NCBI GenBank assembly: GCA_052390515.1
Contig: JBQTGV010000122.1
Span: 1-21,706 of the forward strand
Length of the DNA stretch: 21,706 bases
From: Candidatus Eiseniibacteriota bacterium
Lineage (GTDB): Bacteria > ARS69
Direction: 5' to 3'
Shown here: positions 1-9,634 of the stretch, one piece after another
Position numbering within the stretch: the stretch's first letter is position 1
Layout: each line of letters starts with the position of its first letter
Position numbers and translations under genes: made by a program
Notes under the pieces: model-generated
Database searches by the model: none
Seen by the model: only the letters and a program-made list of their open reading frames with translations
Told to the model about the DNA's origin: nothing

Positions 1-25
1 TGGGGCGATCGGGAGTCGGCGCGCC

Positions 26-1063
26 GTGATCGGGGAGCGCGCGGCCGGCGTTGTCGTCGCCTGCTCGACGTGGTTCGCCGCGGCGCAGGCCTGCACGCAG
101 GACTGCCTGCTGTTCTCCAACGAGCCGGGGTATCCCGTCGTGCACCTCGACGCGGCGGCGATCGACTCGATCGGACGGTCCCTGTCCGACACGAACGTCG
201 CCCTGATCGAGAGCATCGACGAGCTGTACCGCGGCGGCCGCTACGGCGAGCCCGGAAGCGATCAGGCCAAGGCGGACGCGCTCGCTGCGCTCATCTACCA
301 CGCGAAGGTGGCCTTCGACTTCGTGCAGGCCATCGCCGAGCAGGAGGAGTGCATCTACTCGACGTCGGAGGCCGACCTGCGGGACGCCTTCACCCGCAGC
401 TTCCGCAACCCCGGCATCTATCCGATCATGAACCTGATCGACGCCCGCGCTGGCTTCGGACGTTTCTGCATGAAGTTCGAGGTGGACGAGGAGGGTGAGC
501 GCGAGATCGAGGTCTCCGGGGAGAAGATGCGCGCCTGGACCGAGAGCATCGACATCGACGGCACGCCCCGCCGCGTCGTCAACATCGACATGAAGACGTT
601 CTCCAACGATCGCGTGCACGTGGTCTACGAGCAGTACTCCTGCGGCCGCTTCCGGACCTTCGACGCGACGGTGGGGGAGCGCCCCGTGCGCGTCTACACG
701 ATGGAAGAGCTGGAAGGTCAGTACGTGCGCAAGTTCGGCTTCCACAAGCCGCACGCGATCGTGCTGTGGAAGTCGCCGGGGCCGGGCGAGCTCGATCCGC
801 CGCCCGCCGACGGACGGTTCCTCGGGTCGGCGATCTACTTCCCGCGCCTCGAGCTCGACCTGCCGCTCTTCCTGCCCGCGCTCGGCTTCCACGATCTGCG
901 CCGGTTCGACTTCCCGGAGCCGGTGCTCACCGTCGACGCCACGCGGGGGCTGCAGAACCGCGAGCTGGAGTGGCTGCGCCTGCGCAAGAACGACCGCTTC
1001 GCGAACTGGGAGGGCGACGGGGAGACGCCGTCCTTCGTGGACGCGCGCTTCCCGGACTACTGA
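26..1063 (+). CDS. Hypothetical protein, probably secreted (345 aa; may start upstream of the window)
   Basis: Long ORF with strong G/C third-position codon bias and natural composition. Hydrophobic Ala/Val-rich N-terminus (GVVVACSTWFAAAQA). The frame is open back to the window edge, so the start is uncertain. No family motif recognised. Confidence 0.7.
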   Translation: MIGERAAGVVVACSTWFAAAQACTQDCLLFSNEPGYPVVHLDAAAIDSIGRSLSDTNVALIESIDELYRGGRYGEPGSDQAKADALAALIYHAKVAFDFVQAIAEQEECIYSTSEADLRDAFTRSFRNPGIYPIMNLIDARAGFGRFCMKFEVDEEGEREIEVSGEKMRAWTESIDIDGTPRRVVNIDMKTFSNDRVHVVYEQYSCGRFRTFDATVGERPVRVYTMEELEGQYVRKFGFHKPHAIVLWKSPGPGELDPPPADGRFLGSAIYFPRLELDLPLFLPALGFHDLRRFDFPEPVLTVDATRGLQNRELEWLRLRKNDRFANWEGDGETPSFVDARFPDY

Positions 1064-1073
1064 GGCGCCGCTG

Positions 1074-2585
1074 TCACAGCTCGTGCGGGAGGCGATCGAC
1101 CGGGGCGCGGAAGTACGTGTCCACCGGGTAGTGCAGGAAGTTGGACACGCGGCTGGTGTAGATGCAGGCGAAGTCCCGGACCTGGTGTCCGAAGCGCGTG
1201 ATCTCGTTGGCCTCCCGGAACAGCATGCCCCAGTGCCGGTTGAAGGAGCCGCTCACCGCGTCGTCCAGCTTCACGACCAGCTCGTGCTGGCGGCCGGCCT
1301 CGACCTCGAGCCCGGCGCGGCGCTCGCGGTGGTCGGCCACCTTGCGGGCAAGCTGGCCCCGGACCTCGTCGGCGCTCCCCGCGGAGCGCTCTAACAACGT
1401 CTCCAGCCGCAGCAGCTCCACGCGGGTCATCTGCTCCTCGTGCGCCAAGCGATCGCGCTGCTTCACGGCCTCGTCGAGCCGGGCGAGCTGCCCGGCGATG
1501 CGTTCCGTGGTGAGCAGCTCGGTCTCGAGCTCGGGAATGATCATGGCGGTGCGCCATCCCACGCTCTTCTTGGAGCGGAGGATGTCGCCGTACGTGTGAT
1601 CGCCCCAGTACAGGATGCCGTCGCCGGCGAATCCGAGGTTCTTCTCGAAGTTCCAGACGTCGCCTCCGGACCAGACCTCTGCCCCGGGGCCGTCGATCGC
1701 GACGGGCTGCGGCTTGGACCGGCGCAGGAAGAAGCTCGGCTTGCGCGCATCCACCGCCACGAGGTCGAAGTACGTGCGCCATGGCCGCGAACCGCCCAGC
1801 AGGTACGAGAGCAGAACGTCGGTGTAGTAGTACTCCGAGTTGGTCAGCAGGAAGACCCGCTTGCCCGTGCGGCGCATTGCGTCCAGGAACGACCCGAGGC
1901 GCGGGTCGAGGGATACGAAGCGAGCCGGATCGGCCTGGATCTCGCTCTTGATCGAGCCGTCGCCGTGCGCCTCGTCGATCATCGCGCGGACGTCGTCGAA
2001 GAGCGCGCCGTAGTCCGGCCGCCGGCCGCGCTCCTCGTAGAAGTCCACCAGCGACAGGTACAGGTAGACCTCGGGAAGGTGGAAGAGCGTGTCCACCGAC
2101 ACGTACGCCTCCGCCGAGGTGCGGATCCGGCGCATGCGGTAGATCCGCTTTCGTTCCGCGGAGGTCAGCGACTTGCGGCCGTGGAACGCGCGCACCACGT
2201 AGTTGTGGTAGTCCATCTTGAGGATGTTGCCCCGGCGCCGGTCGATCACGAGGCCGCGGACGACGAACTCGGGATCGAAGGGCACGTCCAGGATCTCCCG
2301 GGGGTGCCCGCGCTTCTCGACCAGCTTCTTCTGGGTCAGGCGGAAGGCGAGATCATCGAGCTCGCGGTAGCGGTAGTGGGCCAGGGTGTAGTCGAGATCG
2401 AACCCGACGGCCCCGACGGAACGCATGCGCAGGTTGCGGTTCACGAAGATCCGCGCGGCACGCGGCGCCCCGCCCGGGTGGTGCGCCGGGGTGGCCCGAA
2501 ACTCGGAAGAGAACTGCTGGACGGGAGCGGGGAGACCGGCGGTCATCTTCTCACTCGGGTCGGAACGCGACTCGTCCCTCGGCAT
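1074..2585 (-). CDS. HAD-superfamily (subfamily IG) 5'-nucleotidase, cytosolic cN-II-like
   Basis: Motif I GFDLDYTLAHY, plus RGLVIDRRRGNILKMD, FLLTNSEYYYT, VDARKPSFF, YWGDHTYGDI and GWRTAMIIPELE. Start moved from 3059 to ATG 2585, which has GAGGTG just upstream; the 5' extension overlaps the XRE gene and is low complexity. Confidence 0.9.
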   Translation of the reverse strand: MPRDESRSDPSEKMTAGLPAPVQQFSSEFRATPAHHPGGAPRAARIFVNRNLRMRSVGAVGFDLDYTLAHYRYRELDDLAFRLTQKKLVEKRGHPREILDVPFDPEFVVRGLVIDRRRGNILKMDYHNYVVRAFHGRKSLTSAERKRIYRMRRIRTSAEAYVSVDTLFHLPEVYLYLSLVDFYEERGRRPDYGALFDDVRAMIDEAHGDGSIKSEIQADPARFVSLDPRLGSFLDAMRRTGKRVFLLTNSEYYYTDVLLSYLLGGSRPWRTYFDLVAVDARKPSFFLRRSKPQPVAIDGPGAEVWSGGDVWNFEKNLGFAGDGILYWGDHTYGDILRSKKSVGWRTAMIIPELETELLTTERIAGQLARLDEAVKQRDRLAHEEQMTRVELLRLETLLERSAGSADEVRGQLARKVADHRERRAGLEVEAGRQHELVVKLDDAVSGSFNRHWGMLFREANEITRFGHQVRDFACIYTSRVSNFLHYPVDTYFRAPVDRLPHEL

Positions 2586-2671
2586 GATCGCACCTCGCCC
2601 CATCGGCAGCGGCCGGGAGCAAGATGAGGGCGGCGGGCGGAAGCGTCCACCCGCGGCCGCGACGCGGCAGG

Positions 2672-3019
2672 CTAGGCGACGCCCTTGCGCGGCTCCGTGG
2701 GATCGAGCGAGTTCATCGCCTTCGTCTCGTTCTCGAGCTCCGCCTCGAGCTCCAAGACGAGCCGCTTGAGCATGTGGATCTGCTCGAGCTTGGAGAGGTG
2801 CCCCTCGGTGCTCGCGTCCGTGTTCTCCCCCAGAAGGGTTCCCACGGTCGTTCCCAGCGCCTCCGCGATGCGATGCGTGACCTTGACGCTGGGCACTCGG
2901 ATCATGGATTCGATCTGGCTGATGTATGCCGGCGCGACGCCGACGGCCTCCGCGAGCTTCGTCTGCGTGACGCCCTGCATCTGCCTGAGGATCTTGATGT
3001 TCTTCCCGATCGGATGCAT
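2672..3019 (-). CDS. XRE/Cro-family helix-turn-helix transcriptional regulator (115 aa)
   Basis: IGKNIKILRQMQGVTQTKLAEAVGVAPAYISQIESMIRVPSVKVTHRIAEALG is a typical HTH_3 pattern, followed by a helical coiled-coil-like tail. GGAGG and GAGGG lie upstream of the ATG. Confidence 0.9.
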   Translation of the reverse strand: MHPIGKNIKILRQMQGVTQTKLAEAVGVAPAYISQIESMIRVPSVKVTHRIAEALGTTVGTLLGENTDASTEGHLSKLEQIHMLKRLVLELEAELENETKAMNSLDPTEPRKGVA

Positions 3020-3066
3020 CCCTCGACCAACCTCCGCCGGCGAAATAGCTCAGGGGCAACCGTTCA

Positions 3067-3096
3067 AGAATAGGGTGAGACGCGGGTCTGTCTCAA
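3067..3096 (-). promoter_or_regulatory. Putative sigma70-type promoter of the XRE gene with an overlapping inverted repeat
   Basis: The minus strand reads TTGAGA-N18-TATTCT in a locally AT-richer gap. A perfect inverted repeat TGAGAC-N8-GTCTCA at 3076-3095 overlaps the -35 and spacer. Confidence 0.55.
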
Positions 3097-3149
3097 GGGG
3101 ATTTTTTCCAGCCTACCGCGAGATCGATCGACGGCTCGGCCCGCCAGGC

Positions 3150-3884
3150 TCAAGCGGTCCGCACGCTCCCCGGGCCGGATCCGGACCGCCGGGCGGGGCC
3201 CGCGCGCTTCGGCCGCCACTCTCGGACGGTGGATCCCTCGCCGACGACGATGAGGTCGGCCATGGCGGGGAAGAGGCCGTTGTCGAGTACCCCGGCGATG
3301 GCGTTGATGCGACGTTCGAGATCCGCGGCGTCCTCGATCCGGGCGAACGTCGCGTCGAGGATCCAGTTCCCGTTGTCGGTCACGTAGGGGTCGGCCCCGT
3401 CCCGGCGAAGGGTGGCCGCGGCGCCCAGGCGGGAGAGCGCCCGGTCCACCTCAGTTCGCTCTTCGGGGACGAGTTCCACCGGAACGGGGCATCCGTCCCC
3501 GAGCCGCGCGACCGACTTCGCGGAGTCCACGATCACGACGAACTCGCGCGCCGCCTTGGCCACCCGCTTCTCGCGCAGCAGCGCACCGCCCAGTCCCTTG
3601 ATGAGGTCGCCGGCGGGATCCACCTGGTCCGCTCCGTCCACGGCGAGGTCCAGCTCGGGGCACTCGTCGAGGGCGACGATCTCGATGCCGAGCGCTCGAG
3701 CGCGCGCCGCCGTCCGCTCCGAGGTGGGAACGCCACGGACGCGAAGGCCTTCGCCGATACGCTCGGCCAGGGCATCGAGAAAACGATCGGCGGTGGAGCC
3801 GGTGCCGAGCCCGAGCGTCATGCCGTCCCGGACGAGCTCGGCGGCCCGCCGGCCCGCCGCCCGCTTCTCGTCGTCCTGGCTCAT
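3150..3884 (-). CDS. rpiA: Ribose-5-phosphate isomerase A
   Basis: Motifs GLGTGST, VPTS, DGADQVD, LIKGLGGALLREK, VTDNGNWILD and GVLDNGLF. GGAGAGGG RBS. Start overlaps the upstream stop (ATGA). Confidence 0.95.
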   Translation of the reverse strand: MSQDDEKRAAGRRAAELVRDGMTLGLGTGSTADRFLDALAERIGEGLRVRGVPTSERTAARARALGIEIVALDECPELDLAVDGADQVDPAGDLIKGLGGALLREKRVAKAAREFVVIVDSAKSVARLGDGCPVPVELVPEERTEVDRALSRLGAAATLRRDGADPYVTDNGNWILDATFARIEDAADLERRINAIAGVLDNGLFPAMADLIVVGEGSTVREWRPKRAGPARRSGSGPGSVRTA

Positions 3885-4552
3885 CCCTCTCCTTCTCCCT
3901 CTCCCTCCGCGAACTCGAGCTCGAGCGCTTCCGTCGCCTCACGGATGTTCGCCTCGAGACCGGCGTCCCCCGGCGCATGCTCCAGCCCGCGTCGCCACAA
4001 CCGGATCGCCCGGGGCAGCTCCCCGTCTCGGGCCATGAGAGCCCCGAGGTTGCGATACGCCGGGACGTAGTCGGGATGATCCGCGAGCAGTCCGCTGTAC
4101 TCGCGGACGCACTCCGGGTAGCGCTCGGCCTTCTCGAGAATCCAGGCGAGAGTGTAGCGCGCCTCCGGACCGGGGTCTCCACCGTCGAGCACTCGCCGCA
4201 CGACGGCGATGCCGTCGTCGGGGAATCCGGCTCTCGCCATGCCTCGACCGGCTTCGAGGAGCAGCGCGGGGTCGGCCGAAGTGCGCGCAGCCTCGCGGAA
4301 GTGCGCCACCGCGGCGGCGGGGTCGTCGCTCTCGAGGGCGATGTCCCCCGCGGCGACGCGCACTTCCGGAGCCACGGGCGACTGCGCGAGGAGCGGGGCG
4401 AGGACCTTCGCCGCCTGGCGGGGCGAGCGGCCCGTCAGCTCCCTCGCCGCTCGCAGCGCCTCCTCCGGACCGAGCTCGCCGCGTGACCCGTCGCACGCGG
4501 GGCCGCCGGAGAGGACGACGAGCGCCATGAACGCAAGTCGCACGATCCGCAT
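3881..4552 (-). CDS. Exported tetratricopeptide-repeat protein, possible lipoprotein
   Basis: N-terminal MRIVRLAFMALVVLSGGPAC (basic + hydrophobic + Cys). TPR-like segments such as ARYTLAWILEKAERYPECVREY and AYRNLGALMARDGELPRAIRLWRRGLEHAP. Alternative GTG start at 4567. Confidence 0.75.
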   Translation of the reverse strand: MRIVRLAFMALVVLSGGPACDGSRGELGPEEALRAARELTGRSPRQAAKVLAPLLAQSPVAPEVRVAAGDIALESDDPAAAVAHFREAARTSADPALLLEAGRGMARAGFPDDGIAVVRRVLDGGDPGPEARYTLAWILEKAERYPECVREYSGLLADHPDYVPAYRNLGALMARDGELPRAIRLWRRGLEHAPGDAGLEANIREATEALELEFAEGEGEGEG

Positions 4553-4654
4553 GGAGAGAAGCCTCACCGATCACCGCCTGTCCGCGGAGCGCGTCGCCCC
4601 GGACTCACTCGGCACATCGGCCGCGCGCCTCGACGCCTTTTGCCGGCGGCCGGC

Positions 4655-5122
4655 TCAGCCCGGATGCAGCGTCTCCTCGCGCCGGAAGAGCGCCTTGACC
4701 TGTTCCGCGTCCGAGACGCGCCGGAGCTCGCCGAGCAGCGAGTCGGAGGCCAGCATGCGGGAGATCGCCGCGAGCGCCTGGATGTGGGCGCCGGCCATCT
4801 CCGGCGGCGACACCAGCAGGAAGAAGACCGAGCAGGGCGCGCCGTCCAGTGACTGGAAGTCGATCGGCTGCGGGGAGACGCCGAACGCGATCTCCATGTC
4901 GCCGACGAGCTCGCTCTTGCCGTGAGGGATGGCGACGCCACGGCCGATTCCGGTCGACATCCGGCGCTCCCGGTCGAGGACCGCTCCCAAGATCCGCTCG
5001 CCGCGCGCGCCGGCGAGCGCGCCGGGGAGGAGCGTGACGAGCTCGCGGAGGCCGTCGGCCTTGGTCTTCGCGTGGTGGGGGATCCGGATGCGGCGCGCGT
5101 CGAGCTTCTCGGAGAGTCTCAA
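4655..5122 (-). CDS. Stand-alone PTS EIIA domain protein (fructose/mannitol/Ntr type, PtsN-like)
   Basis: Signature RERRMSTGIGRGVAIPHG with the phospho-His, plus IDFQSLDGAPCSVFFLLV and HIQALAAISR. Probable TTG start at 5122 with GGGGGA upstream. Confidence 0.9.
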   Translation of the reverse strand: MRLSEKLDARRIRIPHHAKTKADGLRELVTLLPGALAGARGERILGAVLDRERRMSTGIGRGVAIPHGKSELVGDMEIAFGVSPQPIDFQSLDGAPCSVFFLLVSPPEMAGAHIQALAAISRMLASDSLLGELRRVSDAEQVKALFRREETLHPG

Positions 5123-5166
5123 GGAACGGTTCCCCCGCCGATCATGCCCGCGCGGCCGGCGCAAGC

Positions 5167-6705
5167 CTAGCACCGCCGCGGGAGCGCCTCAAGCACGGCA
5201 CCCCGGTGCACCACCCGCCCGCCCGCCACGGTGAGCGCCATCTCGTCCTCGTCGCTCCCGGGCAGCGCTCCGGGCGATGCGGGGAGCACGACGATGTCCG
5301 CGTGCGCGCCGGGCTCGAGCGTCGCGCCGGCACTGTCACCGGCGACCGCGCGGGCCGCTTCCACGGTGTAGAGCCGGTGAGCCTCCGCGAAGGTCAGGCG
5401 TTCGTCGGGGACCGGGTGCTTCATCGCCGAGCGGATCCCGAAGAGCGGCGACGGCGGCATTCCGTCGGACCCGAAGAACACTCCCGTCCCGCGGCGCAGC
5501 AGCGTCCCGAACGGGTTCATGCGGCGCAGCCGCTCCGCTCCCAGGGCGCGCTCGTAGAGGCCGCCGGGGCCCGCCCAGAGTCCGACGAAGTTCGGCTGGA
5601 CGCAGGGGCGAACGCCGAGCTCGACGAGCCGGGCGATGTCCTTGTCGCGGGGGAGCTCGAGGTGCTCGATGCGGTGACGCTGCGCGGCGATCTCCGCGCG
5701 CGGCAGCTTCGCGAAGGCGTCGAGCACCTGCGCGATGGCCCGGTCGCCGATGGCGTGGACCGCGACGGTGAGTCCGGCGCCGTGTCCCGCACGGACGATC
5801 GCCTCCAGCTCCGCGTCGGTGTAGAGGAGCGTTCCGCGCGCTCCTTGCCGGTCCGCGTAGTCCTCGAACAGCGCGGCCTCGCGCGCGCCCACGGAGCCGT
5901 CCGCCCACGCCTTGATGCCGCGCAGGCGCAGGCGCGACGAGAGCGGAAGGGCGGCGAGCCGCGGGTCGGCGAGGCACTTCGCCCAGATGAACGCGTCGAT
6001 GCGCGGGGTCGGATGGACGGCATCGAAGCGCTCCGCATAGGCGTCGCAGGCGCCGGGGCGAAGGAAGTCGCATGCGGTGGTGATGCCCAGCGAGAAGCAG
6101 AGCCGGGCAGCCGCGGCGAATGCCTCGCCGAGCTCGTCCTCATCGGGAGGGAACAGCTCTTCCAGTTGCTGCACGACGCCCTCGCGGCAGAGGCCGCTCT
6201 CCTCGTCGATTCCCGTGCCCTGCCAGACGGCCCGCAGGCGCTCGAGGCCGCGCGTGTTGGCCACCGCGGTGTGGTCGTCGATGCGGCGGAGCACGACGGC
6301 CCGATCCGGCGCGACGCGGTCCAGCTCCGCGCGCGTGGGCAGCGTGGAATCGGACCAGTTCGTCTCGTCCCACTCCTCGAAGACCAGCAAGCGGCGGCCG
6401 GGGTGAAGCGTCAGTCCCTGGTCGACGGCGTCGAACAGCTCGGCCCGCGATCGGCAACGCACGAGCGTCGGATGCGACGCCTTGATGCCCATCTGCAGGA
6501 AGTGGAAGTGCGCGTCGTGGAAGCCGGCGGAGACCGCCCGTCCTGCAGCGTCGAAGACCCGTCCGCCGGGAGGCAGCAGGGCCAGGATGTCCTCGGCCTG
6601 TCCGATCCGCGCGATGGTCTCGCCGTCGACGAGCAGGGAGTCGGCGCCGTCCGGTCGGGACGGCAGCAGCGCGCCGCGAACGATCGCCCAAGCGGATCCG
6701 GACAA
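5167..6705 (-). CDS. Metal-dependent amidohydrolase (Amidohydro_3, YtcJ/NfdA-like)
   Basis: Motifs GFHDAHFH, IKAWADGSVGAREA, VHAIGDRA, HRIEHLE, FGSDG, LEPGAHADIVVL and TVAGGRVVH. TTG start with GGGAGG RBS. Confidence 0.88.
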   Translation of the reverse strand: MSGSAWAIVRGALLPSRPDGADSLLVDGETIARIGQAEDILALLPPGGRVFDAAGRAVSAGFHDAHFHFLQMGIKASHPTLVRCRSRAELFDAVDQGLTLHPGRRLLVFEEWDETNWSDSTLPTRAELDRVAPDRAVVLRRIDDHTAVANTRGLERLRAVWQGTGIDEESGLCREGVVQQLEELFPPDEDELGEAFAAAARLCFSLGITTACDFLRPGACDAYAERFDAVHPTPRIDAFIWAKCLADPRLAALPLSSRLRLRGIKAWADGSVGAREAALFEDYADRQGARGTLLYTDAELEAIVRAGHGAGLTVAVHAIGDRAIAQVLDAFAKLPRAEIAAQRHRIEHLELPRDKDIARLVELGVRPCVQPNFVGLWAGPGGLYERALGAERLRRMNPFGTLLRRGTGVFFGSDGMPPSPLFGIRSAMKHPVPDERLTFAEAHRLYTVEAARAVAGDSAGATLEPGAHADIVVLPASPGALPGSDEDEMALTVAGGRVVHRGAVLEALPRRC

Positions 6706-6754
6706 GCCACGCCTCCCGCGCCGCGGGCGCAGAGTCTAGCATGCAGGCGTCGCG

Positions 6755-6784
6755 TTGACGCTCGCGCGAGCAGCATGGCAGAAT
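6755..6784 (+). promoter_or_regulatory. Possible sigma70-type promoter for hutH-icd-EIIA
   Basis: TTGACG-N18-CAGAAT with a TG extended -10 in the divergent gap. The -10 is imperfect. Confidence 0.3.
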
Positions 6785-6819
6785 GCCGCGCTTTTGCGGA
6801 TCCGCCCGAGGTGTCGCTG

Positions 6820-8340
6820 ATGCTCGTGCTCGACGGAGACGGCCTGACGCTACATGACGTCGTGCGCGTGGCCCGGGAACGCCGTCCGGTTCGCGTCGGC
6901 GAGGAGGCGATCGAGCGCGCCCGCCGCGCGCGCGCCTTCCTGGAGCGCTGCGTGGCCGAGGGGCGGGTCATCTACGGGGTCAACACCGGGATCGGCCAGC
7001 TCGCGCACGTGGCCGTCGCGAGGGAGCATCTCGACGAGCTCCAGGGCAACATCGTGCGCAGCCACGCGGCGGGATTCGGGCCGCCGCTCGCCGACGACGA
7101 AGTCCGCGCGATCCTCCTCCTCAAGCTGAACCTCTTCGCCAAGGGACGCTCCGGCGTCCGCGTCGAGCTCATCCGCGCGTTCGAGGCGCTGCTGCGCGCG
7201 GACGTGCTCCCCGTCGTACCGGCCAAGGGTTCTCTCGGGGCGAGCGGAGACCTCGCGCCGCTCGCGCACGTGGCGCTGTGCCTGCTCGGCGAGGGCGAGG
7301 CGCGCCTGGAAGGTCGCACGTTGCCGGCGGGGGAGGCGTTGCGCATCGCGGGTCTGACGCCGTTCGCGCTGTCGTTCAAGGAGGGCCTCGGTATCATCAA
7401 CGGCTGCCAGCTCATGGCCGCGCGCGGGACGCTCCTGCTGCACGACGCGCGCGTTCTCTGGAAGACCGCGCAGGCCGTTTCCGCTGCCGTGCTGGATGCG
7501 CTGGGAGCCGCCGATGCGCCGTTTGCCGAGCGGGTGCACGCCGCCCGGCCGTACCCTGGCCAGCGTGCCGTCGCGGCGAACCTGCGCAGGCTGCTCGCCG
7601 GCCCGCGCAGCATCGGCGACCGCGTGCAGGACGCGTACTCGCTCCGCTGCGTGCCGCAGATCCTGGGCGGCATCGGGGATGCGTTCGACGACCTGGAGCG
7701 GCGTCTCGCGGTGGAGATCAACGCCGCGAGCGACAATCCCCTGGTCTTCGCGGAGGAAGAGGAGATCGTGGCCGCCGGGAACTTCCACGGCGAGAGCCTC
7801 TCCCTCGCGCTCGATCTGTTCGGAATGGCGCTCGCGGAGATCGCGTCCCTGGCCGAGCGGCAGGTGAACCGCCTGCTGAACCCGGCCCTTTCGGGGCTCC
7901 CGCCGTTCCTCGCCCAGGACAACGGCCGGAACTCCGGCCTCATGATCCTGCAGTACACCGCGGCGTCGCTCGTCTCCGAGAACAAGGTTCTCGCTCACCC
8001 GGCGAGCGTCGATTCGATCCCCGTCTCGGCGGACCAGGAGGACCACGTTCCCATGGGGGCCACCTCGGTGCACAAGGCGGCGCAGATCCTGGAGAACGTG
8101 GCCGGCGTCCTGGGCATCGCCGCGATCTGCGCGGCCCAGGCGCTGGACCTGCGAGCCGGCGCCCACGTGGCCCCGGCACCCCGCGCCCTGCGCGACCGCC
8201 TGCGGAGGGACGTTCCCTTCTGGGCCCGGGACCGGTACGCTTCCCCGGATATGAGGACCGCCGCCGCTCTCGCGCGGAGCGGCGAGCTGCTCGCCGCCGT
8301 CGAAGCGGTGGCGGGGGAACTGGAAACCCGTGCGCGATGA
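6820..8340 (+). CDS. hutH: Histidine ammonia-lyase (MIO-dependent)
   Basis: [16 protein letters not shown] (SH pair typical of HAL), MIO-forming [23 protein letters not shown] and QEDHV (Glu as in HAL rather than Gln as in PAL/TAL). True start ATG 6820 with GAGGTG RBS; the 5206 start of the ORF track is an antisense extension. Confidence 0.9.
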   Translation: MLVLDGDGLTLHDVVRVARERRPVRVGEEAIERARRARAFLERCVAEGRVIYGVNTGIGQLAHVAVAREHLDELQGNIVRSHAAGFGPPLADDEVRAILLLKLNLFAKGRSGVRVELIRAFEALLRADVLPVVPAKGSLGASGDLAPLAHVALCLLGEGEARLEGRTLPAGEALRIAGLTPFALSFKEGLGIINGCQLMAARGTLLLHDARVLWKTAQAVSAAVLDALGAADAPFAERVHAARPYPGQRAVAANLRRLLAGPRSIGDRVQDAYSLRCVPQILGGIGDAFDDLERRLAVEINAASDNPLVFAEEEEIVAAGNFHGESLSLALDLFGMALAEIASLAERQVNRLLNPALSGLPPFLAQDNGRNSGLMILQYTAASLVSENKVLAHPASVDSIPVSADQEDHVPMGATSVHKAAQILENVAGVLGIAAICAAQALDLRAGAHVAPAPRALRDRLRRDVPFWARDRYASPDMRTAAALARSGELLAAVEAVAGELETRAR

Positions 8341-8377
8341 CATCGAGAGGGAGGAAGGTGCTCCCGGGAGGCGGAAG

Positions 8378-9634
8378 ATGAAGGGCACTGAGACGGACGC
8401 GCCGCATTTCGCGAAGGTCGTTCCGCCGGTCGGGGAGCGCATCGGAAGGAGCGCTCAGGGCCTCGTGGTGCCGGACCGCCCGATCATTCCGGTGATCGAG
8501 GGGGACGGCATCGGACCGGACATCATGCGGGCGACCCGGCGCGTCCTGGACGCGGCGGTGGAGAAGTCCTACGGCGGCCGCAAGAAGATCGCCTGGTTCG
8601 ACGTCTTCGCCGGCGAGACCGCGCAGGAACGCTACGGCGAGTGGCTGCCGGAGGACACGTTCGAAGCCATCCGGCACTTCCGCGTGGCCCTCAAGGGGCC
8701 GCTCACCACGCCCGTGGGAGGTGGCTTCCGCAGTCTCAACGTCACGCTCCGCCAAGTGCTGGACCTGTACGCGTGCGTGCGTCCGGTGCGCTACTTCCAC
8801 GGGGTTCCGAGCCCGGTGCGCGAGCCGGAGAAGATGAACGTGGTCATCTACCGCGAGAACACCGAGGACGTGTACGCCGGCATCGAGTGGGCGGCGGGCT
8901 CGCCCGAGGCGAACCGGATCATCGACATCCTCGGCTCGGAGATGGGCATCCAGGTGCGCCGGCCGTCCGGGATCGGGATCAAGCCCATCTCCGAGTTCGG
9001 AACGAAGCGCCTGGTGCGCATGGCCATCGACGCCGCCATCCGCCAGGAGCGGTCCAGCGTCACGATGGTGCACAAGGGCAACATCATGAAGTACACGGAG
9101 GGCGCGTTCCGCGACTGGGGCTACGAGCTGGCCCGAGAAGAGTATGCGGGCCGGGTCGTCGCCGAGGAGGATCTGCAAGGCCCCGCGCCGGCGGGCCGTG
9201 TCGTGATCAAGGACCGAATCGCCGACAGCATGTTCCAGCAGATCCTCACCCGCACCGACGAGTACTCCGTCCTGGCGATGCCCAACCTGAACGGCGACTA
9301 CCTTTCCGACGCGTGCGCCGCGCAGGTCGGTGGACTGGGGATGGCACCCGGAGCGAACCTCGGGGACGAGGCCGGTCTGTTCGAAGCCACCCACGGAACG
9401 GCTCCGAAGTATGCGAATCGGGACATGGTCAACCCGGGCTCGCTGCTGCTCTCCGGGGCGATGATGCTCGAGCATCTCGGCTGGCGCGAAGCGGCCCGCG
9501 CGGTGGAGAACGCGCTGGAGCGGACGATCCTGCAGAAGCGCGTGACCTACGACCTCGCGCGGCTGCTCCAGGACGTCCGGCCCGTCAAGACTTCCGAGTT
9601 CGCGTCGGCGATCATCGAGAATCTGGCCGGATGA
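8378..9634 (+). CDS. icd: NADP-dependent isocitrate dehydrogenase (E. coli-type homodimeric)
   Basis: [78 protein letters not shown] and VTYDLAR (KY and Y..R are NADP determinants). ATG 8378 has a GGGAGG RBS. Confidence 0.97.
   Translation: MKGTETDAPHFAKVVPPVGERIGRSAQGLVVPDRPIIPVIEGDGIGPDIMRATRRVLDAAVEKSYGGRKKIAWFDVFAGETAQERYGEWLPEDTFEAIRHFRVALKGPLTTPVGGGFRSLNVTLRQVLDLYACVRPVRYFHGVPSPVREPEKMNVVIYRENTEDVYAGIEWAAGSPEANRIIDILGSEMGIQVRRPSGIGIKPISEFGTKRLVRMAIDAAIRQERSSVTMVHKGNIMKYTEGAFRDWGYELAREEYAGRVVAEEDLQGPAPAGRVVIKDRIADSMFQQILTRTDEYSVLAMPNLNGDYLSDACAAQVGGLGMAPGANLGDEAGLFEATHGTAPKYANRDMVNPGSLLLSGAMMLEHLGWREAARAVENALERTILQKRVTYDLARLLQDVRPVKTSEFASAIIENLAG

Noticed and set aside
2586-3059. N-terminal extension of the nucleotidase overlapping the XRE gene (possible fusion or frameshift)
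   Set aside because: Low-complexity off-frame read. Both genes have their own RBS, start and stop.
3590-3645. RpiA variants DGADQ and KGLGG instead of DGADE and KGGGG
   Set aside because: The main catalytic Asp, Lys and the Glu of REK are intact, so this looks like ordinary family variation.
5206-6819. Apparent 538-aa N-terminal fusion to HutH
   Set aside because: It is antisense to the amidohydrolase. HutH homology and an RBS begin at 6820.
8641-9630. Long ORF overlapping icd and fused to EIIA
   Set aside because: Off-frame shadow of icd. EIIA starts at the ATGA overlap at 9631.
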